DNA of 53,966 bases from Candidatus Oleincola secundus. Its GTDB lineage: Bacteria; Atribacterota; Phoenicimicrobiia; Phoenicimicrobiales; Stramentimicrobiaceae. The position numbers were made by a program, and so were the translations under genes. Location: assembly GCA_018400815.1 (NCBI GenBank), contig JAGYLS010000003.1, positions 1-53,966 on the forward strand. Direction: 5' to 3'. The notes below the pieces were generated by a model, which made no database searches, was not told the DNA's origin, and saw nothing but the letters and a program-made list of their open reading frames with translations. This document shows, piece after piece, positions 1 to 7,948 of the stretch. How positions within the stretch are numbered: the stretch's first letter is position 1; every line of letters begins with the position of its first letter.

Positions 1-1
1 C

Positions 2-454
2 AGAAAAATAGGACTTTAACCCTGAATGAAATATTTTTTTGTTTTGTATTTCCGGATCCCCTAATGTTGCTAATATCAGGATATAATTATTTCTCAAGTA
101 ACTTAATACTTCCTCCGCCCCTTTTACCTGTTCGGGTATCTGACGAAATACTTTCCATCCTATATTTTCAATTTTCTTTTCCATTTTCAAGTCAACTTCC
201 TTGCCAGCCTTCTCAATGTAATAATGGTAAGTCTTAATAAGACTATAAGGATAACGTTCTTTGGCAAAACCCTGTTGGGAAATATGACCAATATCGATTT
301 CATCAAGCTTTTCCAGTATATCGTTTTCTAAAAATCCTAATTCGGACATCAAGGCAGAAAATTCATTTCTGGCTTTGTTATATATTTTTGAAGTCTGTAT
401 TAAAGTATCATCTAAATCAAAAATAATAGTACGTATTTCTTGTACCTCCGTCAT
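2..454 (-). CDS. HAD-superfamily hydrolase (3' end runs off the window)
   Basis: Manual translation from ATG at 454: MTEVQEIRTIIFDLDDTLIQTS... with the HAD motif I DxDDT. Open to the window edge and absent from the ORF track. Confidence 0.85.
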   Translation of the reverse strand, partial: MTEVQEIRTIIFDLDDTLIQTSKIYNKARNEFSALMSELGFLENDILEKLDEIDIGHISQQGFAKERYPYSLIKTYHYYIEKAGKEVDLKMEKKIENIGWKVFRQIPEQVKGAEEVLSYLRNNYILILATLGDPEIQNKKIFHSGLKSYFS

Positions 455-604
455 TTTAAAAAGAATGATCTATCCAAAAGATACTTTTTATTATAACCTG
501 TTTGCTTTTTCTGGTAAAATATATTTAGAAGCTTTAAAATATTATAAATATGATATAATTTTTATTAAAAGAATAATCATAAATATATAGCAGAAAGGAA
601 ATCA

Positions 605-1156
605 ATGAGAAAAAGTAAGAATAAACTTCTAGATGGAAAAAACGAGAAAAGGGTAAAACCAATGTGGCGAGAACTTATTGAGACAGTAGTAAGCGCGGGC
701 ATCATCGCCTTTATCATTATCACCTTTATCGGACAGGTTACTGTGGTAAAAGGAGCTTCTATGGAAGATACTCTCTTTAATAGCGAAAGGCTTATCTGCA
801 ATAAGATTGTTTATCGGCTAACTGAACCAAAACACGGTGATATTGTCATTTTTAAGCCCCCTATTGATCAAAACCATAATTATATAAAGCGAGTTATTGC
901 TGTTGAGGGTGACGAAATAAAAATTATTGACGGTATAGTCTACCTTAATGGAGAAAAATTGGAAGAAGATTATATAGAACATCGTTCATTTGAAACTATG
1001 CCGGAAATTACTGTACCCGAAAATTCTTATTTTGTGTTAGGAGATAACCGAACCAATAGCAGTGATAGTAGGTTTTGGGGGTTTGTTCCCGAAGAAAACA
1101 TTATCGGCAAGGCATCCCTCATCTTTTGGCCCATCACTAGAGCTCGTATGCCATAA
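605..1156 (+). CDS. lepB: Signal peptidase I
   Basis: N-terminal TM segment, GASM catalytic Ser box, YIKRVIA Lys box, GDNRTNSSDSR. Confidence 0.95.
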   Translation: MRKSKNKLLDGKNEKRVKPMWRELIETVVSAGIIAFIIITFIGQVTVVKGASMEDTLFNSERLICNKIVYRLTEPKHGDIVIFKPPIDQNHNYIKRVIAVEGDEIKIIDGIVYLNGEKLEEDYIEHRSFETMPEITVPENSYFVLGDNRTNSSDSRFWGFVPEENIIGKASLIFWPITRARMP

Positions 1157-1182
1157 TATAAAGAATAGGAGAGCGGTGTAAA

Positions 1183-1767
1183 ATGAAAAAATTAATTAAA
1201 TGTTTGCACTTTATTTCTGTTATAACTCTGATCATTATCATACCAATGACTATAATGGCCTCAGAGAAAAAGCTTATCGAACAATCACTGGAATATCTTG
1301 AAGAGCAAAATTACATTATAGCCATTGATACACTGGAAAAAGCTTTGCTATCAATCCGTGAAAAAGCACAATTACAATTAAAAAACTTGCAGTTCACAGA
1401 AGATAACGCAACGGGTTTTGGTATGTACCAGGTACGCCAAGATGCCACTTTTACTCAAGGAGAAACCTTTCTTATTTATGCGGAGCCAAAAAATTATAAT
1501 ATCAAAGAAATCGAACAAGGATTATTTGAAATCCATATTAAGGAAGACCTTTATATTCTGGACATGGAAGGAAATATTCTCTGGGGTCAAAAAGATTTTC
1601 TAGACTACCATATTTTCTCTCATAACCCGAACAATGAGTTATATATTAGCAATACTGTTACCCAGGACACTCCTTTCCCTAAAGGTGAATATCAATTTCA
1701 ACTAGTCCTAAAAGATGTTTTTAGCCAAAAAACAGTTGAACAAAATATTGAATTCATTGTGGAATAG
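1183..1767 (+). CDS. Hypothetical exported protein
   Basis: 194 aa ORF, AGGAG RBS, hydrophobic signal-like N-terminus; family not recognised. Confidence 0.7.
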   Translation: MKKLIKCLHFISVITLIIIIPMTIMASEKKLIEQSLEYLEEQNYIIAIDTLEKALLSIREKAQLQLKNLQFTEDNATGFGMYQVRQDATFTQGETFLIYAEPKNYNIKEIEQGLFEIHIKEDLYILDMEGNILWGQKDFLDYHIFSHNPNNELYISNTVTQDTPFPKGEYQFQLVLKDVFSQKTVEQNIEFIVE

Positions 1768-1822
1768 ATAAAAAAGGGCTAAATCCTAATTAAAATTATT
1801 AAACGATTAGAAAAGATAAACA

Positions 1823-1873
1823 AATAAAAATAATGAGAGAGAATAATAGGAATCCTCTCTCATTATTTTTATT
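1823..1873. terminator. Bidirectional intrinsic terminator
   Basis: 19-bp perfect inverted repeat AATAAAAATAATGAGAGAG / CTCTCTCATTATTTTTATT between convergent genes. Confidence 0.75.
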
Positions 1874-1913
1874 CACCAAGCATTTTATTTTGATTAAAAC
1901 ACATCATTCAATT

Positions 1914-3089
1914 TTAAACTGTGTTCCCATATACTTCATTGGCAACTACAATACCATGTTCAGGTACGGTATACCCGTTATTCTGCAAAATATTCTCCAG
2001 GGCTGATAAGAACAACGTTACATTAGCTTTGGAACAGGAATAACCCATTAGACCGATACGCCAGGCTTTTCCTTTAAATTTACCCAGTCCTCCACCGATT
2101 TCAATTCCATACTCATTTAATAGTGCTTTCCTTACTGTTCCATCATCAATTCCTTCCGGAATATAAACAGCATTTAATTCCGGTAGGCGATACTGGGCAG
2201 GGGCTACCATCTTTAAGCCCATTGCCTCCAGACCCTCTACAAGTGCCTTGGAATGTAATTGATGTCTTTGAAATCGCTTTTCTAATCCTTCCTCTAAAAC
2301 CAGTCGCAATGCCTCCCTTAAGGCATAAACCATATTGATTGGTGCAGTATGATGGTAAAATCTTTCCTTGCCCCAGTAACTCTGTAACATCTGCATATCC
2401 AGATACCAGCTACGGATAGGGCTGGTCCTTTTTGCCATGGATTTAGTTGCCTCCTCACTGAAGGAAACTGGAGATAAACCAGGAGGACAGCTCAAACATT
2501 TCTGGGTTCCACTATAGATGGCATCAATTTTCCAGTTATCTGGCTCTACAGGAATTCCGGCTAAAGAGGTTACTGCATCTACCACAAAGAGAGCTCCTGC
2601 CTCTTTGGTTAGGCGGGAGATTTCTTCCAGAGGCTGTCTGACACCTGTTGATGTTTCGGCATGAACAATAGCTAACAATTTTATCTTAGTATTTTTTTCA
2701 AAAACTTCTTTTACCTGTTCCGATTCAACAATGTTTCCCCAGTCTGCCTGAATAATAATAGGTTCAGCCCCGCATCGCTTTACGATGTCGGCCATTCTTT
2801 CTGCAAATAATCCGTTAATACATACTACCGCTTTATCGCCCGGCTCCAACAGGTTAACCAGAGAAGCTTCCATTCCGGCGCTTCCCGTACCAGACAAGGC
2901 AATTGTAAGCTCATTTTTGGTTTGAAAAACTTCTCTCAGCATTTCTCTGGTTTCATTCATAATTTGTAGAAAATCAGGGTCCAAATGACCCACCAGTGGT
3001 GTAGACATTGCTTTTAATACCCTGGGATGAACATCACTGGGGCCTGGTCCCATCAAAACTCTTTTTCCCGGATTTAAATCAGAATACAT
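1914..3089 (-). CDS. Alanine-glyoxylate / serine-pyruvate aminotransferase family (class V PLP)
   Basis: LMGPGPS, VHAETSTG, VDAVTS, SGTQKCL (PLP lysine), YHHTAP, RIGLMG. Confidence 0.92.
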   Translation of the reverse strand: MYSDLNPGKRVLMGPGPSDVHPRVLKAMSTPLVGHLDPDFLQIMNETREMLREVFQTKNELTIALSGTGSAGMEASLVNLLEPGDKAVVCINGLFAERMADIVKRCGAEPIIIQADWGNIVESEQVKEVFEKNTKIKLLAIVHAETSTGVRQPLEEISRLTKEAGALFVVDAVTSLAGIPVEPDNWKIDAIYSGTQKCLSCPPGLSPVSFSEEATKSMAKRTSPIRSWYLDMQMLQSYWGKERFYHHTAPINMVYALREALRLVLEEGLEKRFQRHQLHSKALVEGLEAMGLKMVAPAQYRLPELNAVYIPEGIDDGTVRKALLNEYGIEIGGGLGKFKGKAWRIGLMGYSCSKANVTLFLSALENILQNNGYTVPEHGIVVANEVYGNTV

Positions 3090-3157
3090 TTAGAATACCC
3101 CCTTATAACGCATTCATTAAATTAGCTATTTATTTAATCTGATCAAGTGAAAATATT

Positions 3158-3961
3158 TTAACCCAGATGCTTTTTTATGACAGGATAAAAGTCATTTTCC
3201 TTTTCAATCACCGTTATATTTTTTTCTTGAGCAATCTTTTTATGATCTTCAGTACAATAACCCCATCCTGCCAGAAAAACATTTACTCCTAACAATTGTG
3301 TATCCTCAAGATAACTCAGCTGGTCATCGATAAAATAAATATCACCAAACTCTACATCGTATTGTTCGGCAATGGCCTTCATATGATCAGATTTATTCTT
3401 ACCATAATTTTTATCAAAGATATCTTTCATTTCAATATGAAAACCCAGATAATCCGGATGAAAAGCGGGGTGGATTGCTTTTCCCAAATTGGAGGTAGCA
3501 ATAACTACTTTTTTGTCCTCTGCCAGAAATTTTTTAATTCCTGTTATCACATCCCTGAAAACAGGAGACAGGAAAAACCATTTTTTAAAGTCTTTTTCTT
3601 GCCATCTTTCTTTTTCCTGGAAAAATAAATCATGGAAAAAATGGTAATCAAAATCCATCGTGTTCCGAATTTCAGCAAATTCTTTTTGATTACTCACTTC
3701 AATTTGTTCTTCGATGATTTTAATCATAACAAAAAAATCACAGGAAAGTTCTATATAAGAACGGATTTGACGATATTTTTCTATTTCCCTGCTATATTCT
3801 TTTTTCATTCGCTCCCAGTTTTCAAAGGTAAAGCATTCACCGCCAAAATTCTTTTTGACTTCCGGTCCAAAATAGCAGCAATAAGCATTATGACTGACAA
3901 ACAATGACTTAAGTGCACTATCACTTATCACCCCGTCAAAGTCAACTGCTAATACTTTCAT
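3158..3961 (-). CDS. HAD family hydrolase (paralogue A)
   Basis: LAVDFDGVISDS, IATSN, FIDD, FLAGWGY motifs. Confidence 0.85.
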   Translation of the reverse strand: MKVLAVDFDGVISDSALKSLFVSHNAYCCYFGPEVKKNFGGECFTFENWERMKKEYSREIEKYRQIRSYIELSCDFFVMIKIIEEQIEVSNQKEFAEIRNTMDFDYHFFHDLFFQEKERWQEKDFKKWFFLSPVFRDVITGIKKFLAEDKKVVIATSNLGKAIHPAFHPDYLGFHIEMKDIFDKNYGKNKSDHMKAIAEQYDVEFGDIYFIDDQLSYLEDTQLLGVNVFLAGWGYCTEDHKKIAQEKNITVIEKENDFYPVIKKHLG

Positions 3962-4011
3962 AGTAAACTCCGCATAAGTTTAAAAATTTAGTCTCCTCCA
4001 AAGGTGAGAAT

Positions 4012-4350
4012 CTATTTATAAGGGATTAAACAAAGAAACTTCAATAAACTGTCTCCGGTATTTTTAAAACTATGTTTTTGATTGGGCTCGACAAAGACCA
4101 CACTATCTTTTTTAATGGGATAAACTTTTTCATCTACCTTGACTTCTCCCTCTCCTTCCAGGACAAATACTTCGTGTTCCCAGTCATGGGTATGATAGGG
4201 TGTATATCCTCCCGGTTCTACCTCAAATAATCGCATGGCAAAATTTTTCGCATTATCTTTATCGGAAATTAGCCATCTTACCTTAACATTTTTTGCTTCT
4301 TCCATCTCTACTGCTTCTAAAGATACTTTCTGATAATCTGTTACTTTCAT
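4012..4350 (-). CDS. Cupin domain protein
   Basis: PGGYTPYHTHDWEHEVFVLEG...HSFKN cupin metal motifs. Confidence 0.9.
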   Translation of the reverse strand: MKVTDYQKVSLEAVEMEEAKNVKVRWLISDKDNAKNFAMRLFEVEPGGYTPYHTHDWEHEVFVLEGEGEVKVDEKVYPIKKDSVVFVEPNQKHSFKNTGDSLLKFLCLIPYK

Positions 4351-4366
4351 AAATCCTTCCTCCTGT

Positions 4367-5194
4367 TTATTTTTTAATTAAATAATCTTTTATTTGAGAG
4401 TAAAATCTTTCTTCTTTTTCAATAACTGTTATCCCCTTGTCTTGAGCTGCCCTTTTCTGCTGTTCGGTAGCATAACTCCAGCCAGCCAGAAAAACATGAA
4501 TTCCTAATTCATGGGTTTGTTCCAAATGAGCCAATTGATCATCAACAAAATAAATATCCCGATAATCAACATTATACTTTTCAAAAATATGGTGCATCTG
4601 GCTTGATTTATCTTCTCCAAAGCGATTGTCAAGAATATCCTCAGCATCTATCGGAATATTATAATATTTTGGAGGAAAAGCCCTGGCGATATATTCCCGA
4701 CGGTTGGAAGTGGCAACCATTACCTTAATCCCTTCTTGAACAAACTTATGAATTCCTCGAACCACTTCTTTATAGGGTGGTTCCAAACTAAGCCATCCTT
4801 CAAAACTTTCCTGCTGGGCTTCTCTTCTTGCCTGATAAAATGCATCATGAAAATTCTGAAAGTCAAAGTCAGCAGTCTGTCTGTATTCATCAAATTCCTG
4901 TTGGTTTTTTATATACCTTCCTTCCTCCATCAGTTTCTGAATTAAACCATAATCGGTAGCTCCCCGAATGTACGGCCTGAGGGAGCGGTAATACTCAATT
5001 TCTTTTTTGTATTTTTCCTTAATGATAGGCCAATTTTGAAAAGTAAATGGTTTACAGCCAAAATTTTTTTTCTTAGTATTTTCATACACTTTCAGATAAG
5101 CATTATGACTGACAAAAAGAGAATCCATAACACTATCCACTATCACGCCATCATAATCAAGAGCCAAAACTTTCATATAAACTTCCTTCTGCAT
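4367..5194 (-). CDS. HAD family hydrolase (paralogue B); likely start at the second Met (MKVLALD)
   Basis: LALDYDGVIVDS, VATSN, FVDDQL, FLAGWSY; clearly similar to 3158..3961. Confidence 0.85.
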   Translation of the reverse strand: MQKEVYMKVLALDYDGVIVDSVMDSLFVSHNAYLKVYENTKKKNFGCKPFTFQNWPIIKEKYKKEIEYYRSLRPYIRGATDYGLIQKLMEEGRYIKNQQEFDEYRQTADFDFQNFHDAFYQARREAQQESFEGWLSLEPPYKEVVRGIHKFVQEGIKVMVATSNRREYIARAFPPKYYNIPIDAEDILDNRFGEDKSSQMHHIFEKYNVDYRDIYFVDDQLAHLEQTHELGIHVFLAGWSYATEQQKRAAQDKGITVIEKEERFYSQIKDYLIKK

Positions 5195-5200
5195 TGTCCA

Positions 5201-5539
5201 TCAAGACAAGTAATCTTCTCTAAGAGGGTAAAAAACATCCAGTACCTGGCTGTCTTTTTCTAAAGCAGTTACTTCATGCTCAACATCCGCTGGTATTACT
5301 GCCCCTTCTCCTGCTTTTAGTACCTGGCTTTTACCGCCGGCTATCATTTTTACCGAACCTTTTAAAATATAAGTGATTTGTTCATGTGGGTGATGATGAT
5401 TGGGCATTACCTGATCATCTGGACCAAAATCAAATAGAGTTATCATTACATGCTCATTTGCTACTGCCCTTAATTGTGAACTTTTTAATACCTGTTTTGC
5501 TTTTAAATTATTTTTCTTAAAGAATTTTACTTCTTTCAT
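5201..5539 (-). CDS. Cupin domain protein
   Basis: PNHHHPHEQITY...IPADVEH...LDVFYPLREDY; AGGAGG RBS. Confidence 0.9.
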   Translation of the reverse strand: MKEVKFFKKNNLKAKQVLKSSQLRAVANEHVMITLFDFGPDDQVMPNHHHPHEQITYILKGSVKMIAGGKSQVLKAGEGAVIPADVEHEVTALEKDSQVLDVFYPLREDYLS

Positions 5540-5560
5540 ACCAAAAGACCTCCTGTTCCC

Positions 5561-5833
5561 TTATTCTTTATCTTGTTTTTGATAGGTTGCACCTAGCACT
5601 TTCTCCACTGCTTTCTCCTGAAAATAAAAAGCCAGAGGAGGCAATTGCTCGGTAAATTTACTTCATAGATAATAATTATAACATACCCATAGATTCTGCT
5701 TTCATGATTATAAATACCAATAAAATTTTTTACAACCCCCCTCAAGCCAGTTTCTTCTTTCATTTCCCTGGATCATTCTTTTTTCCAGCTGATTACCACA
5801 TTTTGGACAATATTTCAGATCATTCTTTCTCAT
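5561..5833 (-). pseudogene. Zinc-ribbon NUDIX hydrolase remnant with two internal block deletions
   Basis: Three frame segments: MRKNDLKYCPKCGNQLEKRMIQG / REMKEETGLRGVVKNFIGIYNHESRIYGYVIIIIYEVNL (end of Nudix box) / EQLPPLAFYFQEKAVEKVLG...DKE*. Confidence 0.75.
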
Positions 5834-5864
5834 TCAAAGCTCCCAGTTTTTTACATTTCAAAAA

Positions 5865-6587
5865 TCAGCTTTCCTTAATTTGTCCCATTTGAGCAAAGCT
5901 ATAAAAATTATCTTCTCCTATAATAATATGATCAAGCACCTTTACACCCATCACATGACAGGACTTACATAATCTATCGGTTAACTCGATATCCTGCTGA
6001 CTGGGCTGCGGGTTTCCGCTGGGATGATTGTGAAGAAAAATAACCGCTGCTGCTGATTCCTTGATAACTTCTTTTAATACCTCCCGGGGGTGTACTGTAG
6101 TTTCAGTCAAACTTCCCATGGAAATGAGTACATCTCGAATGATTTGATAGCGTATATCCAAAAGAACAATATGGAAAAGTTCTTTCTTTTTATCCCGCAT
6201 TTCAGCATAATAATAATCAACTACATCCTGGGCTTTTTGGATTCTTTTACCAGGAAGCATCTTTTCCTGTGCCAGGCGAACTCCCATTTCCAAGGCTGCC
6301 TTAATCTGGGAATATTTTGCCTTTCCAATACCACGTACATCCTTGATTTCTGAATAGGAAATATTCATTAATTTTCTCAATCCGCCAAACTTGACCAGCA
6401 AATTCCTTGCCAGCTCCACCGAAGTTATTCCCGAATATCCATTGACTAAAATAATTGCCAGCAATTCTGCATCTGTTAAATATTCGCTACCATGATGCAT
6501 CAGTCTTTCCCGCGGTCGCTCAAATTCTGGCCACTCCTTGATAGTATAATTTATTTTACTGATTTCTGTTTCTTTTTCTTTTCTCAT
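5865..6587 (-). CDS. radC: RadC family (JAB/MPN domain) protein
   Basis: ERPRERL, LTDAELLAIIL, GIGKAK HhH motif, VHPREV, HNHPSGNPQPSQQD, LDHIIIG; the start could be 6587 or 6602. Confidence 0.95.
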   Translation of the reverse strand: MRKEKETEISKINYTIKEWPEFERPRERLMHHGSEYLTDAELLAIILVNGYSGITSVELARNLLVKFGGLRKLMNISYSEIKDVRGIGKAKYSQIKAALEMGVRLAQEKMLPGKRIQKAQDVVDYYYAEMRDKKKELFHIVLLDIRYQIIRDVLISMGSLTETTVHPREVLKEVIKESAAAVIFLHNHPSGNPQPSQQDIELTDRLCKSCHVMGVKVLDHIIIGEDNFYSFAQMGQIKES

Positions 6588-6657
6588 AATTAATCCAATC
6601 ATATTACAACTTAATTTTTATTGTGTTTTACATTAAAGACTTTTTCTGGTCATTTAA

Positions 6658-7947
6658 TCATTTTTTAAGCTTGGACATTGCTTGTTTTCGTTTAATTCTC
6701 TCTAAACGATAATTTAGTGCCCTCAGCAACTTATCTTTATTCTCCGGGTCAATATTTTGTTGTTCCAGGCATAAGAGGGCTTCCTCGAGCACATTAAATG
6801 CCTCAAAATAATCCCTTAATTGATGCTCGTAATATTTAGCCAATTCCTCATAAGGATAAAGAATAAACTCATTACTCAGAGAAATAATATCCCGCCAGGC
6901 TTTTTTCGCCTGCTTCCAATTACCCTGTTTTTTATAAGCAAAAGAACATAACCTTAATACTTCCAATGATTCCTCGTCTGTTAAATTATGATTCAATGCC
7001 TCTTCATAACACCGGCTACTATATTCATAATCCTTGTTTCCTTCATAAATTTTCCCGATACTATAAAAATCAATGCCGTGGTTTCCCATGCCGGCACGGA
7101 AGGGATCTAGCAGGACTTGACCAATTTTGGTAGTGAGAATGACTAATGAGATAATATCCTGCAAATTGTGTTCAAAAATAGGCTTGAGGGGACGGGCATC
7201 TTTGTCCTGCAGATAGCGAAAATAGACATGGGGAATTAAATAGCCGGGTATATCCTCATCTCTTTTAATATTCAATATCCTTCTTTCTATATTGGATAAA
7301 GAACAATCCTGTAATCTCTTTTTCCACAAACGCCGGGTGGGAAACAATAAATCAAGGTGATGATGGTCAGTTAATTGTAAGGGGAGGCGTGCCATAATAA
7401 AACGAGTCTGCATTAAAGGAAAATCATAGCATTTCCCATTGTAAGATACCAGCAATTTAAAATCTTGCGCAAATAATTGATTTACCGCCCAGAGCAGGGC
7501 TTCTTCTTCATGATAATCTGACATAAAATATTGTCTTACACAAAAAGAATCTCCGGTAAAATAACCCAGACCCAGTAGAAAAATATATGTTCCGGCACCA
7601 CCGGCTAATCCGGTTGTTTCCGTATCAAAAAAAAGGGCTTGATTCAGTTGAATATCTGCAACTTTATTCTTAAACCTGGAGATATTAAAATTTGCCCTAC
7701 CAGGGAAATATTGTTCGGCTTCTAACAGGGAATAATCACCAAATGATGTTTCCAGTGGTATCTTCTTTTCAGTATAAAAACAGGAGCCATGCGGGGTATT
7801 GACAATATTTCCGGTTAATATCTCTGAAATAGGAACAGACCTACTATTTTTTGGAACTTGATATTTTCTTTCCTGATGACTATGACTGATTTGCTGAACC
7901 TTTTTCTTCAGACCCTCAATCTTCTCCAAACGATCCCGTAAATCCAT
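6658..7947 (-). CDS. mrfB: YprB/MrfB-like RNase H-fold exonuclease with TPR C-terminus
   Basis: FFDTETTGL, SYNGKCYD, HLDLL, HNLQD DEDDh-type motifs; TPR-like tail; directly downstream of a DUF1998 helicase. Confidence 0.8.
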   Translation of the reverse strand: MDLRDRLEKIEGLKKKVQQISHSHQERKYQVPKNSRSVPISEILTGNIVNTPHGSCFYTEKKIPLETSFGDYSLLEAEQYFPGRANFNISRFKNKVADIQLNQALFFDTETTGLAGGAGTYIFLLGLGYFTGDSFCVRQYFMSDYHEEEALLWAVNQLFAQDFKLLVSYNGKCYDFPLMQTRFIMARLPLQLTDHHHLDLLFPTRRLWKKRLQDCSLSNIERRILNIKRDEDIPGYLIPHVYFRYLQDKDARPLKPIFEHNLQDIISLVILTTKIGQVLLDPFRAGMGNHGIDFYSIGKIYEGNKDYEYSSRCYEEALNHNLTDEESLEVLRLCSFAYKKQGNWKQAKKAWRDIISLSNEFILYPYEELAKYYEHQLRDYFEAFNVLEEALLCLEQQNIDPENKDKLLRALNYRLERIKRKQAMSKLKK

Positions 7948-7948
7948 C

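Noticed and set aside
5561..5700. Riboswitch upstream of the cupin-HAD block
   Set aside because: The sequence is better explained as the 3' part of the NUDIX pseudogene.
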